Below are positions 1-9,580 of a stretch of 64,000 nt of DNA, piece by piece. Position 1 is the first letter of the stretch; every line of letters starts with the position of its first letter. The notes beneath the pieces were generated by a model that worked only from the letters and a program-made list of their open reading frames with translations, was not told the origin of the DNA and ran no database searches. Source of the stretch: an uncultured Candidatus Rokubacteria bacterium (lineage in GTDB: Bacteria > Methylomirabilota > Methylomirabilia > Rokubacteriales > DASRDR01); NCBI GenBank assembly GCA_963805625.1, contig CAWDVE010000019.1, positions 648,698-712,697 of the forward strand, read 5' to 3'. The position numbers and the translations under genes are program-made.

Positions 1-2
1 TC

Positions 3-551
3 GTGGACGACCACCTCCGCTCGAGCGTGCCGAACGTCTACGCCGCCGGCGACGTGGCGGAAGGGCGGGACCTGGTGACCGGGCAGCCCGACGTCCACGC
101 GATCGAGCCGACGGCGATGGAGCACGGCCGGGTGGTCGGGGCCAACATGGCGGGCCGCGACGTTCCGTACCGCGGCAGCCTCCTCATGAACATCGTGGAG
201 GTCTGCCACCTCGACGTGGCGAGCTTCGGGCGCTGGGACGACCCCGCGGCCGAGCTCATGCTGGCGGTCGACCCTGACCGGCCGGCGTACCGGAAGCTCC
301 TCTGGCACGGCGACCGGCTGACGGGGGCGATGATCCTCGGCCCCTCCGCCGACATCTGGACGACGAACGACGTGGGGATGCTGAAGGGGCTCGTCCAGTC
401 CGGCGTGCCGCTCGGGCCGTGGAAGGAGCAGCTTCGCCGGAACCCCTTCGACGTCAAGCGCGCCCATGTCGCCTCGCACGTGACCCGGCAGCTCCTCCCG
501 CAGACGGTGCTCGGCCGGCCGGCGCCTGCGCCCGCGGTGCTGTGGAGCTAG
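3..551 (+). CDS. FAD/NAD(P)-dependent oxidoreductase, C-terminal part (5' truncated by window); probable AOR partner subunit
   Basis: TSVPNVYAAGDVAE-like second FAD-binding motif of pyridine nucleotide-disulfide oxidoreductases; directly upstream of AOR. Confidence 0.8.
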   Translation: MDDHLRSSVPNVYAAGDVAEGRDLVTGQPDVHAIEPTAMEHGRVVGANMAGRDVPYRGSLLMNIVEVCHLDVASFGRWDDPAAELMLAVDPDRPAYRKLLWHGDRLTGAMILGPSADIWTTNDVGMLKGLVQSGVPLGPWKEQLRRNPFDVKRAHVASHVTRQLLPQTVLGRPAPAPAVLWS

Positions 552-558
552 GGGCGAT

Positions 559-694
559 GGGGTCAGACTTTGACTTCCCTACATTTCGCCGTGTGAGACG
601 CGTGTCCTTCTTCGGAGTGGGCGAATGTTTGGAAGTCAAAGTCTGACCCCGCGTGGAAGTCTGAGGGGAATGTCGGAAGTCAAAGTCTGACCCC
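559..694. repeat. REP/MITE-like inverted-repeat element, copy 1
   Basis: GGGGTCAGACTTTGACTTCC (559-578) pairs perfectly with GGAAGTCAAAGTCTGACCCC at 631-650; an extra right arm lies at 675-694. Confidence 0.9.
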
Positions 695-700
695 AGGAGA

Positions 701-2641
701 ATGCGAATGACGCAGGCAGGGACGGCGGCGATGACGAAGGAGGCGGCGGCCACGAGGGCGGGCCTCCCCGGCGGATACGCGGGGCAGCTTCTCCGGGTGG
801 ACCTCTCGGCCGGCCGCGCGTGGGGCGAGCCCTGGTCCCCCGCCGACATGCGGACGTACCTCGGCGGCGCCGGGCTCGGCGCGAAGATCCTCTGGGAGGA
901 AGTGCCGGCCGGGGTCAACTGGGACGACCCGGAGAACCGCCTGGTGCTCGGCACCGGCCCGCTGGCGGGCCTGCCGGTCTGGGGGACGGGCGGCCTCACG
1001 GTCGTCACGCGCGGCGCGATGACGAACGGCGGCACCTCGACCCAGGCCAACGGCTTCTTCGGCGCGAATCTCAAGTACTGCGGCTACGACGCCATCGTGG
1101 TCCAGGGGCAGGCGTCGGAGTGGACCTACCTCCTGATCCGCGGCGACCGCGTCGAGCTCCGCGACGCCCGGCACCTCGTCGGCAAGGACACCTGGGAGAC
1201 GCAGGACGCCTTGAACGGGGAGCTCGGGTACTCCGGCCACATGCTGAGCGTCTACTCGATCGGGCCCGCCGGCGAGAACCTGGTCCGCTTCGCCGCGATC
1301 CAGGGCGACTACGGCCACGTCGCCTCCAAGAACGGCGTCGGCGCCGTCATGGGGAAGAAGCGGCTGAAGGCGGTGGCGATCGTCCGGGGCGGCGCCGCCC
1401 TCCGGGCGGCCGACCCGCGCGGGCTCATCGCGGCGGCCGACGACATCGCCAACGACCTCCGCACGAACCCCGCCGCCAAGACGCTCTACGAGTACGGCAC
1501 CCTCCCGGGCGTCGTGAACCTGCTCGGGCTCGGCGCGCTCCCGATCAAGAACTACACGACGAACGTGCCCCTCCCCGGCGTCGACATGACGCAGTGGGAG
1601 GCGCCGGCGCTCCGGAGCGGCTTCGATCACCGCGGGCACCAGTGCAGCGCCTGCGGCATGCACCACTGCCACATGCAGGTGCTGCCGCGCGGCAAGCACA
1701 AGGGTGAGATCGTCGACGAGCCCGAGTACGAGGGATGGTCCGGGGCCGGCTGGACGATCGGGTGCACCGACCCGGTGGCCGTCTCCTGGCTCAACACGCA
1801 GATCGACCGGGCCTGCGTCGACGTCAACGAGTTCGGGTGGCTCTGCGGCTGGGTGATGGAGTGCCAGGAGAAGGGATACATCACCGAGAAGCAGCTCGGC
1901 TTCCGGCTCGTCTGGGGCGACGCGGAGGCCGCGAGCCGGCTCCTGTGGATGATCAGCCGGCGCGAGGGGCTGGGCGACCTCCTGGCCGAGGGCACGAAGC
2001 TCGCCGCCGAGCGGCTGGGCGGCGGTGCGGCGGAGTGCGCGATCTACACCGGCAAGAACGCCTCGCCGCGCGGCCACGATCACCGCGGGCGCTGGGAGGA
2101 GATGCTCGACACCTGCACCGGCTCGACGGGCACGCTCGAGACCGGGCCGGCGGTGTTCCCCGCCGAGCTGGGGTTGCCCGCGCGCATCAACCCGTTCGAC
2201 CCCGAGCAGGTCGCGCGCCAGGTCGCCGGGCTCAACGGGCGGCGGAACTTCGAGGACTCGCTCGGGGCGTGTATCTTCACCACGCGGACCTACCTCGAGA
2301 ACCTCACCCGCACCCTGTCGGCGGCGACCGGCTGGGACTACTCCCGCGACGAGGCCATGCGCTTCGGCCGGCGGATCGGCGCGATGTTCCGCGCCTTCAA
2401 CCTCCGGTGCGGCATCGGCGGCGAGCTCGAGCGGCCGTCCAAGCGCTACGCGTCAACGCCGGTCGACGGGCCCGCCAAGGGACAGTCGATCGAGAAACAC
2501 TGGGAGCGGATGCTCGACCTCTGGTACGAGGGCATGGGCTACGACCGCGCGAGCGGGCGGCCGACGCCCGAGACGCTCCGCGCTGTCGGCCTCGAGTGGA
2601 TGGTGCCGGCCGTGTGGGGCGGCGACCGGTCCCCCCGGTGA
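701..2641 (+). CDS. aor: Aldehyde:ferredoxin oxidoreductase (W/Mo bis-pterin AOR family)
   Basis: GGYAGQLLRVDLS N-terminus, IGPAGENLVRFAAI, GAVMGKKRLKAV, CxxCxxxC, EPEYE; start may be 707 or 731. Confidence 0.92.
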   Translation: MRMTQAGTAAMTKEAAATRAGLPGGYAGQLLRVDLSAGRAWGEPWSPADMRTYLGGAGLGAKILWEEVPAGVNWDDPENRLVLGTGPLAGLPVWGTGGLTVVTRGAMTNGGTSTQANGFFGANLKYCGYDAIVVQGQASEWTYLLIRGDRVELRDARHLVGKDTWETQDALNGELGYSGHMLSVYSIGPAGENLVRFAAIQGDYGHVASKNGVGAVMGKKRLKAVAIVRGGAALRAADPRGLIAAADDIANDLRTNPAAKTLYEYGTLPGVVNLLGLGALPIKNYTTNVPLPGVDMTQWEAPALRSGFDHRGHQCSACGMHHCHMQVLPRGKHKGEIVDEPEYEGWSGAGWTIGCTDPVAVSWLNTQIDRACVDVNEFGWLCGWVMECQEKGYITEKQLGFRLVWGDAEAASRLLWMISRREGLGDLLAEGTKLAAERLGGGAAECAIYTGKNASPRGHDHRGRWEEMLDTCTGSTGTLETGPAVFPAELGLPARINPFDPEQVARQVAGLNGRRNFEDSLGACIFTTRTYLENLTRTLSAATGWDYSRDEAMRFGRRIGAMFRAFNLRCGIGGELERPSKRYASTPVDGPAKGQSIEKHWERMLDLWYEGMGYDRASGRPTPETLRAVGLEWMVPAVWGGDRSPR

Positions 2642-2964
2642 AGGCGGCGCCGGCCCAGCCGCTCACGGTCCCCGTCGAGGTCCTGTCCTGGGTGAACCGG
2701 TTCGTCGCCGGGCCGGGGACCGGCCAGGTGACGGTGAACACGGTCGTGCCCCGGGGGTCGAAGGTCCGTGACGTGCTCCGGGCGATGTCGGACCGCTTCC
2801 CGGAGCTCGGCCGCGCCCTCTGGGACCCGACGCGGCCCCGTGAGCTCGGCGACAACATCGAGGTGCTCGTGAACAACGCCGTGCTCGGCCTGACCCACGA
2901 CCTCGACAGCGAGGTGCTGGACGGCGAGCGGCTCACGCTCCTCGGTCAGTACATGGGCGGGTAG
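2638..2964 (+). CDS. MoaD/ThiS-family sulfur carrier protein
   Basis: GTGA overlap with AOR stop, ~108 aa, VLVNN core, C-terminal GG. Confidence 0.85.
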   Translation: MKAAPAQPLTVPVEVLSWVNRFVAGPGTGQVTVNTVVPRGSKVRDVLRAMSDRFPELGRALWDPTRPRELGDNIEVLVNNAVLGLTHDLDSEVLDGERLTLLGQYMGG

Positions 2965-3014
2965 ACCGAGCTCAGCCGGCGGCCTCCGGGCCGCCCGACT
3001 CACGGAGGGACCGC

Positions 3015-3656
3015 GTGATCATGCCAGAGGCGTCGCTGCTGGGCCTGTTCGTCGTGGCGGCCCTGGTGCTCCTCGTCACGCCGGGACCGGCGGTGCTCTA
3101 CATCGTCACCCGGAGCGTGGAGCAGGGGCGGCTGGCGGGGCTGGTTTCGGCGCTCGGCGTCCACGTGGGCACGCTCGTCCACGTGGCGGCGGCCGCCCTC
3201 GGTGTGTCGGCGCTCCTGGTCTCGTCGGCGCTCGCGTTCGACATCGTGAAGTACCTGGGTGCACTCTACCTGGTCTACCTCGGCGTCCGGAAGCTCGCGG
3301 GATGGGACCAGCCCGCCGGCGGGCGCGCGCTCGCGCCCCGCAGCCTCCGCCGGCTCTTCGGCCAGGGCGTGGTGGTGAACGTCCTGAACCCGAAGACCGC
3401 GCTCTTCTTCTTGGCGTTCCTCCCGCAGTTCGTCGACGTCTCGAAGGGGGCCGTGGGCTTCCAGATCCTGGTCCTCGGGCTGATCTTCGTGGCGCTCGGC
3501 GTGGTGAGCGACGGCCTCTACGCGGTGGCGGCCGGCACCGCCGGCGCCTGGCTCAAGCGGGAAGGCCGGCTCCTCCGCGCCGAGCGGTACGTCAGCGGGA
3601 GCGTGTTCGTCGGGCTCGGCGTGACGGCGGCCCTCGCCGGCAACGGCCGGAAGTAG
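3015..3656 (+). CDS. LysE/RhtB-family amino acid exporter
   Basis: TPGPAVLYIV and NVLNPKTALFFLAFLPQF signatures. Confidence 0.92.
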   Translation: MIMPEASLLGLFVVAALVLLVTPGPAVLYIVTRSVEQGRLAGLVSALGVHVGTLVHVAAAALGVSALLVSSALAFDIVKYLGALYLVYLGVRKLAGWDQPAGGRALAPRSLRRLFGQGVVVNVLNPKTALFFLAFLPQFVDVSKGAVGFQILVLGLIFVALGVVSDGLYAVAAGTAGAWLKREGRLLRAERYVSGSVFVGLGVTAALAGNGRK

Positions 3657-3755
3657 GGGATCGCACCGCCGTCGGGGCTGGCCTCGACGGGGACGATGGC
3701 CCACGTGGGGCCCACGTGGCACGCTGAGATCCGCCGACGTGCTACCATGTGCTAC

Positions 3756-4040
3756 ATGCGATATCGAAAGGGCGAGGTCGGCGTCCGAGAGCTGAGGCAG
3801 AACCTCAGCGTCTACCTCCGGCGCGTCAAGGCTGGTCACACGCTGGACGTCCGAGAGCGCGGCACCCGGGTCGCCGTGCTCGCTCCGGCGAAGGGGCGAT
3901 CGACGGTGCTGGAGCGACTCATCGAGGCTGGCCGGGCTACGCCAGCCAGGGGGGACCTGCTCGACCTCGGGCGGCCCCTTGGCCGGCGGCCGTCTCGGCG
4001 AGCGAGCCGTGCGCTCGCCAGGCTCCGTGACGAGCGCTGA
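3756..4040 (+). CDS. Phd/YefM-family antitoxin (VapB role)
   Basis: VGVRELRQNLSVYLRRV motif; stop overlaps toxin start; near-palindrome ATGTGCTACAT at the start. Confidence 0.85.
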   Translation: MRYRKGEVGVRELRQNLSVYLRRVKAGHTLDVRERGTRVAVLAPAKGRSTVLERLIEAGRATPARGDLLDLGRPLGRRPSRRASRALARLRDER

Positions 4041-4438
4041 TGCCGCTCGTCTATCTGGATTCCTCGGCCCTGGTCAAGCTCGTCGTCGCGGAGCCGGAGT
4101 CCAGGGCCCTGATCGAGCATCTGGAGGAGTGGCCTGAGCGCGTGTCCAGCACCCTCGCATTGACCGAGCTGCCGCGCGCCCTCGATCGGGCGGGCCTGGG
4201 CGCCGCCGCGCATCGTCGTGCTCGGGAGGTGCTCGGACGGATCGCCCTGGTCGACGTCGACCGACGGATCCTGACGACTGCGGCGACGCTCGAGCCGAGC
4301 ACCCTCCGGACGCTCGACGCCATCCACCTGGCGACGGCGCTGGCCGTCCGGGAGGATCTGGAGATGGTCGTGACCTACGATCGGCGACTGCGGGTAGCCG
4401 CCGAGCGCGTCCAGATCGACGTCGTGGCACCCGCATGA
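4040..4438 (+). CDS. vapC: VapC PIN-domain toxin
   Basis: YLDSSALVK...E...LRTLDAIHLATA...TYD PIN acidic residues. Confidence 0.92.
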   Translation: MPLVYLDSSALVKLVVAEPESRALIEHLEEWPERVSSTLALTELPRALDRAGLGAAAHRRAREVLGRIALVDVDRRILTTAATLEPSTLRTLDAIHLATALAVREDLEMVVTYDRRLRVAAERVQIDVVAPA

Positions 4439-4451
4439 GGAGGCCCAGCGC

Positions 4452-5372
4452 ATGGAGCTGATCCGGGGCATCGTTGCGGCGCCGGTGTTGCCGATGACCG
4501 AGGAGTTCGAGGTCGACTGGAAGGGGCTCCGTGATTACCTCCGCTGGCTCGTGCCGCAGGGGCCGACCGCGATCGCGATGAACATGGACGCCGCCGAAGG
4601 GCCCGCGCTCTCCGTCGAGGAGCGCCTCCGCGTGGTCGAGCTGTCGCGGGAGGCGGCCGAGGGGCGCTGCCCGGTGTGGAGCGGCCTCATCGCGGGCTCG
4701 ACGAAGGAGGCCGTCCAGCAGGCGCAGGCCCTCGCCCGGGCCGGCGCCGAGGGGCTCGCGGTCTTCCCGCCCGTGCCCACCTTCATGGGGGAGCCGCTCC
4801 CGTGGCGGCTCCCGTTCGAGTACCACCGGGCGATCGCCGAGGCGACGGGGTTGCCCCTCTGCCTCTTCCAGTTCGCGCGGGGGCTCGGCCCGTCCTACTC
4901 GAACGAGGCGCTCTGCCGCCTGGCCGAGATCCCGGAGGTAGTCGCGATGAAGGAGGCCACCTTCGACGCCGCGCGGCTCGTCGACACGCTCCAGGCTCTC
5001 CGGGACGCGCCCAAGCCGCTCGCCGTCCTGACCGGCAGCGACACCTTCCTCTGCGAGGCGTACATCCTCGGCGCGCACGGGGCGCTCATCGGCTTCGGCG
5101 CGATCGCGCTCGACCTGCAGATCAAGATGTTCGAGGCCGTGCAGCAGCGCGACTACCAGCAGGCGCTCGCCATCTGGGACCGGATCGGCCCCATGGCGCG
5201 GATGATGTGGAGCCCGCCGCTCCGCGACTACCGCCCGCGGCTCAAGGAGGCGCTGGTCATGCTGGGCGTCCTCCGCTCGGCGGCGGTCCGGCCGCCGCTC
5301 ATGCCGATCTCCGACGACGAGCGACGCACGATCCACCGGCTCCTGGTCCACGCCGGCCTGCTGCCGGCGTAG
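4452..5372 (+). CDS. DHDPS/NAL-family aldolase or dehydratase
   Basis: TIM-barrel DHDPS pattern, Schiff-base Lys in VVAMKEA, VRPPLMP. Confidence 0.85.
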   Translation: MELIRGIVAAPVLPMTEEFEVDWKGLRDYLRWLVPQGPTAIAMNMDAAEGPALSVEERLRVVELSREAAEGRCPVWSGLIAGSTKEAVQQAQALARAGAEGLAVFPPVPTFMGEPLPWRLPFEYHRAIAEATGLPLCLFQFARGLGPSYSNEALCRLAEIPEVVAMKEATFDAARLVDTLQALRDAPKPLAVLTGSDTFLCEAYILGAHGALIGFGAIALDLQIKMFEAVQQRDYQQALAIWDRIGPMARMMWSPPLRDYRPRLKEALVMLGVLRSAAVRPPLMPISDDERRTIHRLLVHAGLLPA

Positions 5373-5386
5373 CCGCCACGCCGGGC

Positions 5387-6205
5387 GTGGGCGCGCCGGA
5401 GCCGGCCGCGGCACAGCGTCCCGCCCGCCGCGGGCTGTGGGTGGCGCGCGTCCAGACGGCGGCCGCCTTCGTCCTCATCCTGATCGTCTGGCAGCTCGTC
5501 GGGCTCAAGGTCCCGCGCTACATCCTGCCCACGCCGCTCGCGACGGCGGGCGAGCTGTTCGTCCGCGCGCCCCTCCTCGGCCAGCACGCCCTGGTCACGC
5601 TCCGCGAGATCGCGCTCGGCTTCCTCCTGGCCGTGGCGGTCAGCGTGCCCTGCGGGCTCGCGGTGGCCTTCTCGCGCTCGGTCGAGCGGGTGGTGATGCC
5701 GGTGCTGGTCTTCACCCAGCTCGTTCCGAAGATCGCGCTCGCCCCGCTGTTCATCATCTGGTTCGGCTTCGGCCTGTTTCCGAAGGTGTTCATGACGTTC
5801 CTCCTGTCCTTCTTCCCGATCGTGATCGACTCGATCGCGGGGTTCCGCTCGCTCGATCGCGAGATCGAGCACCTCATCCGGTCCATGGGGCTCCGGGCGT
5901 GGCCGGCCTTCGTCAAGGTGCGGCTCCCGCACGCCTTGCCTCACGTCTTCACCGGGTTGAAGGTCGCCATCACCCTCGCCACGGTCGGGGCGATCATCGG
6001 GGAGTTCGTCGGCTCGGACCGCGGTCTCGGGTACCTCCTCCTGGTCGCGGGCGGGGATCTCCGGACCGAGCTCCTGTTCGCCACGCTCATCGTGCTGACG
6101 GCGATTGGCCTGGTGCTCTACTACCTCGTGACGCTGCTCGAGCGCCTGGCGATCCCCTGGCACGTCTCGCGGCGGGGGCCGCTCGGCGCCGAGGGCGGGC
6201 TCTGA
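5387..6205 (+). CDS. NitT/TauT-type ABC transporter permease
   Basis: PKIALAPLFIIWFGFG, GAIIGEFVGSDRGLG; start approximate. Confidence 0.9.
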   Translation: MGAPEPAAAQRPARRGLWVARVQTAAAFVLILIVWQLVGLKVPRYILPTPLATAGELFVRAPLLGQHALVTLREIALGFLLAVAVSVPCGLAVAFSRSVERVVMPVLVFTQLVPKIALAPLFIIWFGFGLFPKVFMTFLLSFFPIVIDSIAGFRSLDREIEHLIRSMGLRAWPAFVKVRLPHALPHVFTGLKVAITLATVGAIIGEFVGSDRGLGYLLLVAGGDLRTELLFATLIVLTAIGLVLYYLVTLLERLAIPWHVSRRGPLGAEGGL

Positions 6206-6283
6206 CCGCCTTCCGAGGCTTTGAGCGGTGCAGTATGATCGTTGCGCGTCGCGGGCCATGAGGGCCCGGAGGGGGAGGCGGTC

Positions 6284-6640
6284 ATGATCACGAAAGCGAG
6301 CAGCGGATCGACGTACCTCGACCTGGCGAAGATCGACTGGCAGCCGAGCCGGTTCCCGGGGGTGTGGAACAAGGTCCTCTACGAGGAGCCGTCCGGCCGC
6401 CAGACGATCCTGACGCGCTTCGAGCCCGGTGCGAAGCTGCCGCGCCACCGACACGTCGGGCTCGAGCAGACCTTCATCCTCGAGGGCTCGCTGGTCGATG
6501 ACGATGGCGAGTGCACGGCGGGCAACTTCGTCTGGCGGCGGGCCGGCTCGGTTCACCGGGCGTGGTCGCCGAACGGCTGCATCGGCATCGGGATCTTCGA
6601 GCGTCCCAACGAGTTCCTGGAGGAGCCGGGACCGGCCTAG
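6284..6640 (+). CDS. ChrR-like cupin protein
   Basis: PRHRHVGLEQTFILEGSL...GSVHRAWS cupin motifs; GGAGG RBS. Confidence 0.85.
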   Translation: MITKASSGSTYLDLAKIDWQPSRFPGVWNKVLYEEPSGRQTILTRFEPGAKLPRHRHVGLEQTFILEGSLVDDDGECTAGNFVWRRAGSVHRAWSPNGCIGIGIFERPNEFLEEPGPA

Positions 6641-6665
6641 GGGCCGCGCCGGCAGGGGAGGGGAT

Positions 6666-7661
6666 ATGCGACGGAGCTGGCGTCTTCTGGTCGCGGGAGC
6701 GGGGCTCGTACTGGCGGCGGTCGCGGCGTGGTCGGCGGCGACGCCGGGCGCCGGCGCCCAGGACAAGGTCACGTTCCGGATGAACTGGGCCTGGGGCGGT
6801 ATCCACGCGCCGTTCGCGCTCGCCAAGGAGCGCGGCTATTTCGAGAAGGCCGGTGTGAACGTCGAGATCCTCGAGGGCCGGGGCTCGGCGGTCACGGTCC
6901 AGCTCGTCGGCACCAAGTCCGACACCTTCGGCTGGGCGGACGGCGTCAGCCTCACCCAGAACGCCGTGAAGGGCGTGCCGGTGAAGGCGGTGGCGACGAT
7001 CCTCAACATCCTCCCGTACGCCGTGGTGTCCCTCGAGGAGACCAACATCCGGACGGTCAAGGATCTCGAGGGAAAGACGCTGGCGATCACTCCCGGCGAC
7101 GGGCTCACCCAGACGTGGCCGGCCGTCGTCGCCGCCAACAAGCTGAACGCGGACTCCATCAAGCTCATTCACATGGACCCCAAGGCGAAGATCCCCGCGG
7201 TGACGGAGAAGCAGGCGCACGCGCTCCTCGGCGGCGCGGATGACCAGGCCGTCACCATGGAGGTCAAGGGCTTCAAGACGCGGGTCCTCAAGTTCAGCGA
7301 CCTCGGCGTGCCCTCGGTCGGCTTCACGGTGTTCGCCCACCAGGACACGATCAAGGAGCGGCCAGACCTGGTCCGCAAGGTGGTGGCGGCCACCCTCAAG
7401 GGGTTCGAGGACGCGATGAAGGATCCCGACGCCGCGGTGGCGGCCCTGCTGAAGCTCGCGCCGCTGGCGGACCGGGAGACCATCCGCCGGCAGCTCGCCG
7501 TCGACCTGGGCCTGCTCTTCAGCGCGGCGAACAAGCAGAAGCGCCTCGGCTTCGGACCGCCGGAGGACTGGGAGGCGACGCTCGAGGTGCTCAAGAAGTA
7601 CCGGGGCGTCGAGACCAGCCTCCCGGCGACCGCCTTCTACACGAACGAGTTCCTGCCCTGA
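6666..7661 (+). CDS. NMT1/THI5-like ABC substrate-binding protein
   Basis: Signal peptide; HAPFALAKERGYF, KDLEGKTLA, FYTNEFLP. Confidence 0.88.
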   Translation: MRRSWRLLVAGAGLVLAAVAAWSAATPGAGAQDKVTFRMNWAWGGIHAPFALAKERGYFEKAGVNVEILEGRGSAVTVQLVGTKSDTFGWADGVSLTQNAVKGVPVKAVATILNILPYAVVSLEETNIRTVKDLEGKTLAITPGDGLTQTWPAVVAANKLNADSIKLIHMDPKAKIPAVTEKQAHALLGGADDQAVTMEVKGFKTRVLKFSDLGVPSVGFTVFAHQDTIKERPDLVRKVVAATLKGFEDAMKDPDAAVAALLKLAPLADRETIRRQLAVDLGLLFSAANKQKRLGFGPPEDWEATLEVLKKYRGVETSLPATAFYTNEFLP

Positions 7662-7705
7662 CGGCGGGGGACACCGGAGGGCCTTCGGGGGGGCGGGCCG
7701 CCAGC

Positions 7706-7939
7706 TACGGCTGGCTCGTTCCCCGAGTCGTCCTCCCGCTGTTCGACCGGGCGCGCGGTCGCCGGGTGGGCGCGCGCCTCCGGCAGCTCCGCGCGGACCG
7801 GTGGTGCTCCTCCGGGCAGCTGGAGGACGCCGCGGTCGCGCGTCTTCGCCGGCTCCTCGGGGATGCTGCGGCCCATGTCCCGTTCTATCGACGGCTCCTG
7901 GGAGACGCAGGAATCCGGGCAGGACGGGCCGACGGGTGA
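7706..7939 (+). pseudogene. N-terminal remnant of a CapK/phenylacetate-CoA ligase-family gene
   Basis: Unlisted frame reads YGWLVPRVVLPLFD...RLRRLLGDAAAHVPFYRRLLGDAGI then stops; no start codon. Confidence 0.6.
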
Positions 7940-9567
7940 TCGCGCGAGAGGACGTCACCGCGGGGCTGCGACTGGTCTCGGAGCTGCCGGCGTTTCTGCG
8001 GCGCCGCGTGACGCCGGACCAGGCGCGGGGGGTCTTGCGCCAACGGCTGGCGACGCGGGGTGCCGACTTCCTGAGCCTGATCCGGCGAACCGTCTTCGCG
8101 CGGCCCGACGGCCCGTATCGGACGCTCCTGCGGGCCGCCGGCTGCGACTACGAGGATCTGGTACTCCTCGTCCAGCGCGAGGGGCTCGAGGGGGCGCTCG
8201 GCGAGCTGCGCCGGCAGGGAGTCTACCTCACCATCGAGGAGTTCAAGGGACGCTGCCCGGTCGTCCGCGGATCAACCCGGGTCCAGGTGGAGCCGGCCCA
8301 GCTGCGAAACCCGCTCTCGACGGTGCACGTCATCAGCGAGAGCGGCGGCAGCCGCGGCCCGCGCACCACCGTGGGGATGGACCTGGCGCTCGTCCGGGAC
8401 CACGCGGTCGACGCCGCGGTCTTCCTGGATGTGCGGGGCGGGCTCGGGTGGCGACAGGCGCTGTGGGGCGTGCCGGGCGGGTTCGCGATGCGAGTGGTGT
8501 TGCGCCTCGCGGCGGCGGGTGCGCCGCCGGTTCGATGGTTCTCCCAGGTCGACCCGAGCTCTCCAGGCCTGCACCCTCGCTACCGCTGGAGCGCGCGGGC
8601 GCTTCGCCTGGGCGGCCTGATCGCCGGCGTACCCCTTCCGTCGCCCCGGTTTGCGTCCCTCGAGCAGCCCCTGGAGGTCGCTCGCTGGATGTCGGAGACG
8701 CTCGACCACGGTGAGGTGCCGCATCTCTACACCTTTCCCACCTCCGCCGTGCGCCTCGCCGAGGCGTCGGCCGCGGCCGGTCTCTCGCTCCGCGGGGCGC
8801 AGTTCTGGCTCACGGGCGAGCCCATCACGGCGAGGCGGCTTGGCGTGATCGGCGAGGTGGGGGCGGACGTGGTCGGGCACTACGGAAGCAGCGAGTGCGG
8901 CGGACCCGTCGCCTACGGGTGTCTTCACCCGCAGCGCCGGACCGACCTCCACCTGCTCACGGATCTGCATGCCCTCGTCCAGGCCGGGTCGTCCGACGAC
9001 GAGAGCCGGGAGCTGCCGCCGCGGGCGCTCCTTTACACGTCACTCCGGGACACGGCGCCGTTCGTGCTGCTCAACGTGACGATCGGCGACGAGGCCGTGA
9101 TGGAGCCGGCGACCTGCGGGTGCCCACTGGCCGAGCTGGGATGGGGCACGACGCTCCGACAGCTCCGGAGCTACGCGAAGCTCACGGCGGGCGGCATGAA
9201 CGTGCTCGACGCAGACATGCTGGACGTCCTGGACGACGTCCTGCCGAGACGCTTCGGCGGCGGGCCGACCGACTATCAGGTGGTCGAGGACGAAGACGAC
9301 CAGGGTCGCCCTCTCGTCCAGGTCCTGGTGCACCCGCGCCTCGGGGCCCTCGACACGCGCGCCGTCGCGGAGGCGCTGCTGGGAGCCATCGGAAGCGGCC
9401 ACGGGGTCGAGCGGGTGACCGAGCTGGCCTGGCGGGATGCCGGCCTCGTACGAGTGGAGCGGCGGGAGCCCGCCGCGACCGCTTCCGGCAAGATCCGTCA
9501 CTTTCACCTCGGCCGGGCGCGTGGCGAGACTCGGACGACCCGGTCCGCGGGCCGGGCGTCGTCGTGA
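7936..9567 (+). CDS. PaaK/CapK-like adenylate-forming protein
   Basis: ESGGSRG P-loop-like motif, TGEP, YGSSECG, GD, CGC, TASGKIRH. Confidence 0.7.
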   Translation: MIAREDVTAGLRLVSELPAFLRRRVTPDQARGVLRQRLATRGADFLSLIRRTVFARPDGPYRTLLRAAGCDYEDLVLLVQREGLEGALGELRRQGVYLTIEEFKGRCPVVRGSTRVQVEPAQLRNPLSTVHVISESGGSRGPRTTVGMDLALVRDHAVDAAVFLDVRGGLGWRQALWGVPGGFAMRVVLRLAAAGAPPVRWFSQVDPSSPGLHPRYRWSARALRLGGLIAGVPLPSPRFASLEQPLEVARWMSETLDHGEVPHLYTFPTSAVRLAEASAAAGLSLRGAQFWLTGEPITARRLGVIGEVGADVVGHYGSSECGGPVAYGCLHPQRRTDLHLLTDLHALVQAGSSDDESRELPPRALLYTSLRDTAPFVLLNVTIGDEAVMEPATCGCPLAELGWGTTLRQLRSYAKLTAGGMNVLDADMLDVLDDVLPRRFGGGPTDYQVVEDEDDQGRPLVQVLVHPRLGALDTRAVAEALLGAIGSGHGVERVTELAWRDAGLVRVERREPAATASGKIRHFHLGRARGETRTTRSAGRASS

Positions 9568-9580
9568 TCCGCCCCGGATC

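Noticed and set aside
559-694. CRISPR mini-array
   Set aside because: Arms are inverted, spacing is irregular, copies are dispersed and there are no cas genes.
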